NCBI GenBank assembly: GCA_002393905.1
Contig: DGSJ01000054.1
Location: 1 to 38,639 of the forward strand
Direction: 5' to 3'
Source: Bacillales bacterium UBA4365
GTDB taxonomy: Bacteria > Bacillota_I > Bacilli_A > RFN20 > CAG-826
Length of the DNA: 38,639 nt
Below, piece by piece: positions 1-7,973 of the stretch (the stretch's first letter is position 1; each line of letters starts with the position of its first letter). A program made the position numbers and the translations under genes. The notes under the pieces are model-generated. The model was given only the letters and a program-made list of their open reading frames with translations, made no database searches and was not told the DNA's origin.

Positions 1-48
1 AAAACAAATAATTGAACGATGAATAACATCGATAAAATGAACGCAACT

Positions 49-717
49 TTATAAGACATTAACCATTTCCTCCATCACTGTAATAATTCCAAATGTGACC
101 ATCACAATTAGGATGGAACTACCGACTAAAGGAAACGTGGACATTGAGGCTAATGAGTTACGTTTCTTGTTGATTTCTTTTTCATATGCGAGATCGCTAA
201 TCTTACCAAAAATGAGATCAAATTGAGATAGATGGGATGGGTTAGATCCATCATCAATCATTTGATAGATAGAGATCATCATTTCTTCAATAATTAAATC
301 GTTAAACTTTCGACCAAATCGAATAAATGGATTAATTGTCTTATCTTGATCGATGTCACGAATTAAATCGGAAAGATACAAAGCTAATTGTTTATCGGCA
401 AAAGCTTGAATCTCTTTTAACGCTGTATAAACAGAATAGCCATTATGGAGATAAATTTTGAAAAAGGTAAACAAAGAGACAAAATCTTGTTTTGCTAAAT
501 CATTTTGTTCTTTTTCCAATTTTGAATATCGTGAGAAATAGAACAAATTAAACAAAATAACAAAGACTAATCCAACACCTAAATAGATGTAAGAATTAAG
601 CATATAGAAGGCAACTATACCTAGAGCAAGTAAAACTAAACTAAAAGCTAATGCAGTTGTAAGCTCTTTTTTTATAGATAAGCCAAGATTTGCTATTCTT
701 TCTTTGAGTTTTTTCAT
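49..717 (-). CDS. T2SS-F domain (TadC-like) polytopic membrane platform protein
   Basis: ORF 49..897 trimmed to the internal ATG at 717 (MKKLKERI...). GGAGGA (revcomp of 724-729) lies upstream, and there is an ATGA overlap with the upstream stop at 714-717. Layout is an N-terminal TM pair, a helical cytoplasmic segment of about 100 aa, and a C-terminal TM, as in GspF/TadC family proteins. Confidence 0.6.
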   Translation of the reverse strand: MKKLKERIANLGLSIKKELTTALAFSLVLLALGIVAFYMLNSYIYLGVGLVFVILFNLFYFSRYSKLEKEQNDLAKQDFVSLFTFFKIYLHNGYSVYTALKEIQAFADKQLALYLSDLIRDIDQDKTINPFIRFGRKFNDLIIEEMMISIYQMIDDGSNPSHLSQFDLIFGKISDLAYEKEINKKRNSLASMSTFPLVGSSILIVMVTFGIITVMEEMVNVL

Positions 718-1412
718 ACTTGATCCTCCTTCACGATAATTGAGGAATAACGAACAATGAAAAGGTGAATTGAGAAGAGTACAACGAGAAAAAACATTGA
801 TAAAAAGAAGAGAAAAATCGACGATTTTGACATCGTTATGTAAAACGAACTGATTGAAAAGCGAATGAAGATTAGCACAGATACCGCCATTACCCATAGA
901 AGTATAAATTGACCCAAATAGCGGTTCGATTCTGCTAAGGAGTCGCTGATACTCTTCTCAATTCTTGTTGATTCGCTAATCAGTTCGTCAGACATGCTTA
1001 AAATATTTCCGCCTTGATCTTGGTATAAACCAAGGACATTTATAAACATTTTGAATACAGCTAAGTTAAAGAACTCTCTTAAATAAGCAATACGATCACT
1101 AACATTTAAGTTCTCTATCTCAGGTGTAATCTCATTTAATTCTTTATCTTCAAATCTAATTCCACTTTGATAAGCATCTTCTAAAGATTCTTTAACAGAC
1201 ATCGAAATAATAAAGGCATTAATAAAGTGATAACAAGCATGACAACGTCGAACTAATCGATCTTTTTTAATTAAATATTTTCGACCAATCAAAAAATAAT
1301 AAGCGTTAAAGAGCAACACAATTCCGATTGGGAGATAAATCGTCGGACTAGTAAAATAGCTCACAACAGCAAGCGCAAAGGTTATTAAAACATAAAAGAT
1401 ATCTCTTACCAT
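714..1412 (-). CDS. T2SS-F domain (TadB-like) polytopic membrane platform protein
   Basis: ORF 714..1427 trimmed to ATG 1412 (MVRDIFYV...), preceded by AGGAGAG (revcomp of 1416-1422). Has N-terminal TMs, a helical soluble segment and C-terminal TMs. Lies directly downstream of the secretion ATPase. Confidence 0.55.
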   Translation of the reverse strand: MVRDIFYVLITFALAVVSYFTSPTIYLPIGIVLLFNAYYFLIGRKYLIKKDRLVRRCHACYHFINAFIISMSVKESLEDAYQSGIRFEDKELNEITPEIENLNVSDRIAYLREFFNLAVFKMFINVLGLYQDQGGNILSMSDELISESTRIEKSISDSLAESNRYLGQFILLWVMAVSVLIFIRFSISSFYITMSKSSIFLFFLSMFFLVVLFSIHLFIVRYSSIIVKEDQV

Positions 1413-1420
1413 AAACTCTC

Positions 1421-2368
1421 CTAACAATGGAATTTTTCAACTAAAACTTTGTTTTCGACTTCTCCAATTGCCTCAATATAACGATGGACATTTCCATCTT
1501 TTGTAATATCTCTACGAACAAAGACATAAACGGGGATATGAGAAAGTAAATCTCCCATAATGTCGTCATACGACTCTCTTGTATCAGCCATTTCAATCAT
1601 TCGAACTAATCGATGAGGCATCGACATTAGTGATTTAGCGTGCATCGTTGTAATAATTGGGTGCCCGGTCATTACACTTGTAAGAACATCGTTCATCTCT
1701 TTTCCACGACTTTCCGCGACAACGAGCCAATCTGGATTTGATCTTAAAGCCTGACGAATTAGGTCATTTATTGAGGAATTGACGTGGTTTTCATTCGCTT
1801 CCCAAGAAGTTATGTCTAAATTTGGATTAGAGCGAATGAACTCTAGTTCTTGGACGTTATCGATAACAATTACCCTGCTGTTATCCTCTAATGAGGTTAA
1901 TAAGTATTTCTGAAGTTCTGTTTTTCCCGATCCAGTTGGGCCTCCAATGACAATTGATTTTTGCTTCTTTAAACAATCTAGTAAAAAGGCCTTCATTTTT
2001 GGATTCATAAAGGATTTGCTGGTTAAAATGCGATTATTTGGCGACGCAATACGAATTGAAAATGAGATTGATTTTTCGTTTTCAACACGAACAATTGACT
2101 GGTGAATTGCGTTAATGCGGTATTTGCCTTCAGAAACATCAATTGATGGGTTAGTATAGGAAAATTGCTTCTCTGCTAAATTAGCGATTTGACGGATAAA
2201 CACCGCAACCTCATCTTTTGAAACTTCAATGTTCGATTTCTTCCTTCCGAATTGGTTGTGAAGATAATAAACATCCTTTCCGTTATAAGAATTATCAGTA
2301 ATTTCGGTGTCACTTAAAAGAGGTGACAGGAAAGATGATTCTAAATAAGTAACAAGCTCTTTATTCAT
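1421..2368 (-). CDS. CpaF/TadA/VirB11-family type II/IV secretion ATPase (short form, about 315 aa)
   Basis: Walker A GGPTGSGKTE, Asp-box RVIVIDNVQELEF, Walker B-like PDWLVVAESRG, His-box GHPIITTMHA. Start ATG 2368 (MNKELVTYL) follows AGAGGTGA and overlaps the upstream stop by 8 nt. Confidence 0.8.
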   Translation of the reverse strand: MNKELVTYLESSFLSPLLSDTEITDNSYNGKDVYYLHNQFGRKKSNIEVSKDEVAVFIRQIANLAEKQFSYTNPSIDVSEGKYRINAIHQSIVRVENEKSISFSIRIASPNNRILTSKSFMNPKMKAFLLDCLKKQKSIVIGGPTGSGKTELQKYLLTSLEDNSRVIVIDNVQELEFIRSNPNLDITSWEANENHVNSSINDLIRQALRSNPDWLVVAESRGKEMNDVLTSVMTGHPIITTMHAKSLMSMPHRLVRMIEMADTRESYDDIMGDLLSHIPVYVFVRRDITKDGNVHRYIEAIGEVENKVLVEKFHC

Positions 2369-2765
2369 TGATTTCACCTCTTGAATTGATCCGAAATTCA
2401 CGACTGTGTTTGTAGGTATAAAACATATTGATTTTCGAAGTTAAAGAAATGCGAACTCCATCGGCGTGATGATTGGTATTGACTGCATTTGTGCTAACAT
2501 CGAAATAAATAATTGACGCTTTATAATCTGTCGTATATTTACCAACATTATCTTTTAGATAATCAATCACGTATTTTTCGAGTTGAGGTTCATTAAAATA
2601 TGGTTTTACATCTTCTCCGTCATCCCCAATTGTGACAACGCTAATTTCAAGAATGCTGCGATGCATATTTAAGAACGAACGATGAATACTTGATTGCGTC
2701 ATTCCTCCAAATGAAAATGTCAAAAAGAGAACAAACCCAAAAGTGAAGAAAAGACAGTTAGTCAT
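2361..2765 (-). CDS. Small N-terminally membrane-anchored protein, unknown function (134 aa)
   Basis: ATG at 2765. Hydrophobic N-terminus MTNCLFFTFGFVLFLTFSFGG followed by a soluble domain of about 110 aa. Has 8-nt overlaps with both neighbours. No family recognised. Confidence 0.5.
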   Translation of the reverse strand: MTNCLFFTFGFVLFLTFSFGGMTQSSIHRSFLNMHRSILEISVVTIGDDGEDVKPYFNEPQLEKYVIDYLKDNVGKYTTDYKASIIYFDVSTNAVNTNHHADGVRISLTSKINMFYTYKHSREFRINSRGEINE

Positions 2766-3789
2766 GTTTTAACTCCTTTCCAATATCACTAAATTCGACA
2801 TCATTTGTCTTAATGCAATACTCCGAAGAAACGCAGTTCCCCATTCGTGATCGTTCTGCTTCAATGGAGAATGAGTAGCTAAAATCAATTCTCATCGTTC
2901 CGAGTTTTTCACCCAGAATTGTAAAATCGAGCTTTTGAAGATCCTTAAATCCGTTTTTTGGAAGATAAAGATACTTTGTTTCAACAAACCCTGGAAGCTG
3001 GCTTCTTGCCATTTCATATGTATAAGGATTTACATAGAGTTTATCCTTAAATCGAAGTTGATATTGATGGTTACCAACATCAACAAAATCGAGGCTCAAT
3101 TCAACTCTGTTATAAGCGATTTCGTCATCCCTTAAATCACAAAATAAACCGTAAATTGCTGGGATTCCTATAGAAATTATGTAATATTCGATCTCGATTG
3201 GAATATCGTAAATTGTCTCAGTAAAACTAAACATTCCAACATCAAGTTTGTTATAAATATTCATCTCATTTATCGCGTACCAATTTTTAAATTCGTACTT
3301 ATCTGATGAGGTGAAATAACCTCTACTTTTGGTGTATGATGCAACATTAAAACTTTCATAGGTTGCTGTTTGAAGTTGGTCAACAACTAAACGAGGTGGA
3401 TTGTTTGCCTCAATCATGTCAAACCAGTGATTTGTCGTCTGACCATCACCGTCGCTAAAAAATATTTTGATTCGGTTTTGTTCGCCAGATCTCATTAAAG
3501 TCCCGGTTGATGTTTCACTAATTAGACCACTTTCATCACTCGGACGAAGGTTTTTGATCTTTGTTCCGGTTTTATATTTCGAATTATAAAGGTAAAAATT
3601 AACTAATTTTCTTGTTACTGGACCATTGCTTGATAGTTTTGCGAAAACTTTTACACTTCTGGATTTATCAGCATAAAAAGGAGTAATGTGAAAATAATCC
3701 AACTCATAACGCTGTACTTCCGTCGCACCAAAGGAAACTCCACACGTGAGCATGCATAATACTAATGGAATAAGCTTTTGTTTTATCAT
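2758..3789 (-). CDS. Exported protein with N-terminal signal peptide, unknown function (343 aa)
   Basis: ORF trimmed to ATG 3789 (MIKQKLIPLVLCMLTCGVSFGATEV...). AAGGAG lies upstream and there is an ATGA overlap with the upstream stop. Composition is beta-rich. No family recognised. Confidence 0.55.
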   Translation of the reverse strand: MIKQKLIPLVLCMLTCGVSFGATEVQRYELDYFHITPFYADKSRSVKVFAKLSSNGPVTRKLVNFYLYNSKYKTGTKIKNLRPSDESGLISETSTGTLMRSGEQNRIKIFFSDGDGQTTNHWFDMIEANNPPRLVVDQLQTATYESFNVASYTKSRGYFTSSDKYEFKNWYAINEMNIYNKLDVGMFSFTETIYDIPIEIEYYIISIGIPAIYGLFCDLRDDEIAYNRVELSLDFVDVGNHQYQLRFKDKLYVNPYTYEMARSQLPGFVETKYLYLPKNGFKDLQKLDFTILGEKLGTMRIDFSYSFSIEAERSRMGNCVSSEYCIKTNDVEFSDIGKELKHD

Positions 3790-4121
3790 AATGAGTGATA
3801 CTCCTTTAAGAATGCTTGAATCGCACAATGGCGTAGGCGATAAAGAGTAGATTTTTTGTAAATTCCCTTCCACCACTCGTTATAAACCTTGTTATCGCCA
3901 CGAAATGACTGAGTTATAAGATAAGATTGGAGTGGTTTAATGCTATCGAGAGCGACATGAATTTTACGAACATCATCTCTAAACTTGGCTAATGTCTCAT
4001 CTTTCCCCTGTGAAGAGAATTTGAGATTATTACGGATGTAACGATATTTCAGATGGACGTCTTTGAATATCGAGACCATTTCTCTTGTTTCTTCGATGTG
4101 GTAATCATGTTTTTTATGCAT
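3786..4121 (-). CDS. Small basic protein with sigma-70 region-4 / ArpU-like C-terminal HTH (putative operon activator)
   Basis: ORF trimmed to ATG 4121 (MHKKHDYH...), preceded by GGAGGGG. The C-terminal segment KKSTLYRLRHCAIQAFLKEY resembles the recognition helix of region 4.2 in small phage-type sigma-like activators. It is the first gene of the coupled operon. Confidence 0.35.
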   Translation of the reverse strand: MHKKHDYHIEETREMVSIFKDVHLKYRYIRNNLKFSSQGKDETLAKFRDDVRKIHVALDSIKPLQSYLITQSFRGDNKVYNEWWKGIYKKSTLYRLRHCAIQAFLKEYHSL

Positions 4122-4226
4122 AGTTTTTCCCCTCCGCAAAAAATTGCTTATATTAACTTAATCCGCAAAATCGCACCATTTTTTGCACTAATTTTTTTCA
4201 AAAATATTTTTAATATAAAAATTTTT

Positions 4227-4256
4227 TTGTTTTTTTGACCTTGGGACACTTATAAT
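4227..4256 (+). promoter_or_regulatory. Putative promoter of the gmk-like gene (possible leaderless mRNA)
   Basis: TATAAT at 4251-4256 lies only 6 nt before ATG 4263, with no Shine-Dalgarno (SD) sequence. A weak -35 TTGTTT at 4227-4232 gives an 18-nt spacer. Confidence 0.3.
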
Positions 4257-4262
4257 TGAAAT

Positions 4263-4796
4263 ATGCTTATTCTTTGTGGCGCTTCAGCAAGTGGAAAAAC
4301 AGTCACTGCTCTTAATCTTCAAAAACGTTTTGGATTAGTAAAAGCCATCACCACAACTACCAGAGCAATGCGTGAAGGTGAAAAAGATGGAGTAGATTAT
4401 TTTTTCATCTCCAAAGAAGAGTTTGAAAAGAAGCTTAAAGAAGGAAAGTTTGTTGAATCATCCTTATATAATGGAAATTATTATGGATGTGGAAAAGACC
4501 AAGTCGATGATAACAAAGTTATCGTACTAGATCCGAATGGGTTACATGCCTTCCAAGCTCTAAATGATCCTCGAGTAATCACTGTTCTATTAATCTGCGA
4601 TCCAAAAAAGAGAGAAGAAAGAATGGTTGGTCGTGGAGACAAAAAAGAAAAAATTGAAGAACGATTAAAAAACGACCAATACGACTTCTCATTAGACAAA
4701 GTTCAAGGTGTTCATTTAGTTGTTCATACAGATAATAAAAACATCGACCAAGTGGCCGATGAAATTTATTCATTTTATCAATCAAAGATGAGATAA
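4263..4796 (+). CDS. Guanylate kinase family protein (short, 177 aa)
   Basis: P-loop CGASASGKT. The segment TTTTRAMREGEKDGVDYFFISKEEFEKKLKEGKFVESSLYNGNYYG matches the Gmk core pattern (TTR..R.GE.dG.dY.F.s.eeFe). It is the only plus-strand CDS. Confidence 0.65.
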   Translation: MLILCGASASGKTVTALNLQKRFGLVKAITTTTRAMREGEKDGVDYFFISKEEFEKKLKEGKFVESSLYNGNYYGCGKDQVDDNKVIVLDPNGLHAFQALNDPRVITVLLICDPKKREERMVGRGDKKEKIEERLKNDQYDFSLDKVQGVHLVVHTDNKNIDQVADEIYSFYQSKMR

Positions 4797-5672
4797 CGAT
4801 TTTAATAAACGAGCATACCTTTTCTCGTTTAAATGAAGTCGTTTTTCTTTTGGAATTCCACGGATATGGAAGAAGTGTTTTGGATAAAAGTAACCAAGAT
4901 TTGCTGGTGATTTTATCGCCGCTTCAACTAAACATAATGAAGATTTGTCAGCGCTATTTCCGAATTTATGCATGAACTTCTTGCCAAGGTGTTGGAAGCG
5001 TTTGGAGAAGGTTGTGGCTTCACCGCCAACGATATTTGTTGAGGCTAAACCTGGGTGACAAAGAGTCACTTCGACTTGTCCATAAAGTTCATTTGATAAA
5101 TATAATCCATACTCAAGAATCATTCTCTTAGAAACAGCGTATTGTTTAAATGAGGAACGATGTTCTTGTTTAAAGTATTTTTCATAGTGCCTGGAACGAC
5201 CTTGATGAGAAACGATGCTTGAAACCAAGACAAGACGTTTAAACTTTCCAGCCTTAATTTGATCTTTTAAAGCTTCAACAGCAAAATACATGCCAATAAA
5301 GTTTGTTCCGACAGTTAAACTATAACCATCTTTTGTAAAAAGATTCTTTCCTGGATGGAAAATTCCAGCATTAAGAATTAAGGCATCGATGTGTTCATAT
5401 TTTTCTAGATGTTTAGGAAGTTCATTGATTGAAGCCTTGTCAGCCTGATCAAAGGGGACAATATCGATTTTTCCGTTTGGAAATAATTCGAGTAGTTTGT
5501 TCTTAGCGTTCTCAGCCTTTTTAAGATTACGGCATGCCATAATCACTGCTGCACCTTTAGCTAAAAATGTCTTACAGGCAGAATAGCCTAAACCAGAGTT
5601 TGCACCAGTCACAAGGAAAAGCTTTCCTTCTAAGGAAGGAAGATTCTTCTCAACATAGACTTCGTACTTCAT
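4782..5672 (-). CDS. Short-chain dehydrogenase/reductase (SDR) family oxidoreductase
   Basis: Cofactor motif VTGANSGLG, NAG motif LILNAGI, catalytic YAVSK. The start codon shares 1 nt with the upstream stop (TAATG at 5670-5674). Confidence 0.8.
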   Translation of the reverse strand: MKYEVYVEKNLPSLEGKLFLVTGANSGLGYSACKTFLAKGAAVIMACRNLKKAENAKNKLLELFPNGKIDIVPFDQADKASINELPKHLEKYEHIDALILNAGIFHPGKNLFTKDGYSLTVGTNFIGMYFAVEALKDQIKAGKFKRLVLVSSIVSHQGRSRHYEKYFKQEHRSSFKQYAVSKRMILEYGLYLSNELYGQVEVTLCHPGLASTNIVGGEATTFSKRFQHLGKKFMHKFGNSADKSSLCLVEAAIKSPANLGYFYPKHFFHIRGIPKEKRLHLNEKRYARLLKSLSHL

Positions 5673-6937
5673 TATTTTTCTCTCTTTTTGTGAACTGTTA
5701 CTTCGACTTTTTCAACAGTAAAGTTTGTTGCATCAACAACTTTCACATCAATGTTTTTATATTTAAACTTATCACCAATTTTAGCAAATTTTTCTAAATA
5801 ATCCAAAACCCATCCACCAACAGAGTTATAGGCTTTATCTTCACTAATATCTAATCCACATAAATCAAAGAAATCATCAATGTTCATATTCGCATCAACA
5901 AGATATTTGTTACGTGAAATCTTTGTATAAGGTTCTTTGATCTTATCCATTTCATCATACATTTCGCCAACAAGTTCTTCTAAGATGTCTTCCATGGTTA
6001 ATAAGCCATCGGTTCCACCAAACTCGTCTTTAACAATAACAATGTGGTTTTTATGGGATTTCATCCATCGTAAGATTTCCGAAATGCCCATTGCTCCAGG
6101 AACAAACTTCACCGGAATAATTAAAGATTTCAAATTAATCTTTTCTTTAGCCAAAATAGACTTTAAAAGTTGTTTGGTTGGTAAAATACCAACAATGTTA
6201 TCAATTGTGCCTTTATAGACCGGTACACGTGAATGCATAAAGATATCATCTCCAGCTAGGAGTTTATAAATATCGGCATCCACTGGAATCGCAAACATAT
6301 CAACTCGTGGAGTCATGATTTCTTGTGCTTCAGTATCTTTAAAATCTAAGACAGATTTAATTAGTTCAGATTGATCTTCATCAATGGTACCGTCTTCTTC
6401 AACTTTTTCGACAAGCTCTTCTAGTTCATCATCACTCATTTCATCAACATCATTATGTTCTTCACGGATAAAGATTTTGGCGATGAGTTTTCCTAAATTA
6501 GATGTTACAAAAACAATTGGGAAAAAGATGATTCTTAGCACGTAGATTGGATAGGCTAAAACAAGAGATAAACGGTAAGAGAAAGCTCGACCGATTACCT
6601 TTGGCAATAATTCACCAAAAAGAAGAACAATAACAAGGAGAATAATTTCGGCAATTGTTGTAGATAATGGTGAATCAGAAATGGATAAAGCTAAAACGGT
6701 TGCTAAGGAAGATGCAGCAATATTAACTAAGTTATTACTAAAGAGAATTGTGGAGATTGTTTCGTTATAGTTTTCAGCAAAACCTAGAGCAATCTTTGCC
6801 GCTTTCGATTTCTTTTGTGCTTTCTTCTTTAAACGTAATTTATTAACAGTCGCATAAACAATATCAGATGCGGAAAATGTCGCTGAAAAGAAGACTAAAA
6901 CAATAATCGCAATAATTAAACCGATTTGCTCAATCAT
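5672..6937 (-). CDS. CNNM/DUF21 - CBS pair - CorC_HlyC domain protein (hemolysin-family putative divalent cation transporter)
   Basis: N-terminal 4-TM DUF21 region, acidic linker, CBS pair, and a C-terminal CorC/HlyC-like beta domain. GGAGGAGAGGAG lies upstream. ATGA overlap at 6934-6937. Confidence 0.8.
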   Translation of the reverse strand: MIEQIGLIIAIIVLVFFSATFSASDIVYATVNKLRLKKKAQKKSKAAKIALGFAENYNETISTILFSNNLVNIAASSLATVLALSISDSPLSTTIAEIILLVIVLLFGELLPKVIGRAFSYRLSLVLAYPIYVLRIIFFPIVFVTSNLGKLIAKIFIREEHNDVDEMSDDELEELVEKVEEDGTIDEDQSELIKSVLDFKDTEAQEIMTPRVDMFAIPVDADIYKLLAGDDIFMHSRVPVYKGTIDNIVGILPTKQLLKSILAKEKINLKSLIIPVKFVPGAMGISEILRWMKSHKNHIVIVKDEFGGTDGLLTMEDILEELVGEMYDEMDKIKEPYTKISRNKYLVDANMNIDDFFDLCGLDISEDKAYNSVGGWVLDYLEKFAKIGDKFKYKNIDVKVVDATNFTVEKVEVTVHKKREK

Positions 6938-7959
6938 TTCGATTCATTCTCCTCTCCTCCGCGAGGTTCAGCAATTTTACCAACAAGTTCTTCTAAAACG
7001 TCTTCCATCGTGATTAAACCAATCACACGTCCTTCATGGCGAACAATCGCAATGTGGGTGTGATGATTTTTAAAGCCATCAATCATTTCATCCATCTTAA
7101 TTTTGGTCGAGACAAAATATGGCTTTTGAACCACATCTTTGACTTGGACATTTGGATTCTTTAAATATTCTTTAATATAGGATTTTACGTGCAAAACCCC
7201 GACAATTTTGTCTAAAGAGCCATAACAAACCGGAATACGAGAGAATGGAATTGTTAAGATTTTGTTTTTAATTTCTTCACCACTTAAATTTTTAATATCA
7301 AGATAGGCAATCTTGTTTCGACGAGTGAAAACTTCTTTCACAGAAGTATCGGTAAACTCTAAAGAAGCATAGATTAAATCCGATTCATCATCGTTTAAAA
7401 CATCTTGTTCTTCGAGTTCATCAACAACGTTGGTAAAGTCTTCTTCGGTCATGACCATTTGTTCACCGGTTTTAAAGATTTTATTTGTTAAACGTGCAAT
7501 AGCGTTAAACACAACCACAAGTGGGTAAAATAAAAACATAAAGAAACGAGCAATATAAATGTTGTTTTTGGCCACTCGATTTGGCATTGCTCGAGCAATC
7601 ATCTTCGGAACCATGTCAGAAAACATGTAGACAATCACTGCCATTACGATTGAGGAGATTAAAGAGATGGCTGTGCTAGTTAATCCCGAGTTTCTTAAAA
7701 TATCGAAAAAGAAAAACGCCGAGAAAGTTGAAATAGCAATACTCGAGATGTTGTATCCTAATAAGGATACAGTGAGTACTTTTTCAAATTTCTCGTGCGT
7801 TTTTAATATGTGTTTAGCTTTCTTATTTCCGTCATCAGCTTCAACTCGAAGTTTAAATTGGTTTAAGCAAGCGAAGGCTGTTTCCGTAGAGGAAAAGAAG
7901 CCACTAAGAGCAACCAATACAAGAATAATAGCTAAATAAAGCCACGACAAGGGATCCAT
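6934..7959 (-). CDS. CNNM/DUF21 - CBS pair protein lacking the CorC_HlyC C-terminal domain
   Basis: Same N-terminal DUF21 plus CBS architecture as its neighbour. It ends right after the CBS pair (..LEELVGKIAEPRGGEENESK). Confidence 0.75.
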   Translation of the reverse strand: MDPLSWLYLAIILVLVALSGFFSSTETAFACLNQFKLRVEADDGNKKAKHILKTHEKFEKVLTVSLLGYNISSIAISTFSAFFFFDILRNSGLTSTAISLISSIVMAVIVYMFSDMVPKMIARAMPNRVAKNNIYIARFFMFLFYPLVVVFNAIARLTNKIFKTGEQMVMTEEDFTNVVDELEEQDVLNDDESDLIYASLEFTDTSVKEVFTRRNKIAYLDIKNLSGEEIKNKILTIPFSRIPVCYGSLDKIVGVLHVKSYIKEYLKNPNVQVKDVVQKPYFVSTKIKMDEMIDGFKNHHTHIAIVRHEGRVIGLITMEDVLEELVGKIAEPRGGEENESK

Positions 7960-7973
7960 ATTGGAATTAAATA

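Noticed and set aside
717-897. N-terminal extensions of several track ORFs: 49..897, 714..1427, 1421..2401, 2758..3876, 3786..4139, 16102..17418, 21994..22746, 22769..23407, 31767..33014 and 36246..36806.
   Set aside because: In each case an internal ATG has a proper SD and/or an overlap with the upstream stop codon. The extension would read through the upstream gene, a promoter or a terminator hairpin. All were trimmed in the feature list.
4235-4240. TTGACC as the -35 element of the gmk-like promoter.
   Set aside because: It lies only 10 nt from the TATAAT box, which is the wrong spacing. A weaker TTGTTT at 4227-4232 has acceptable spacing.
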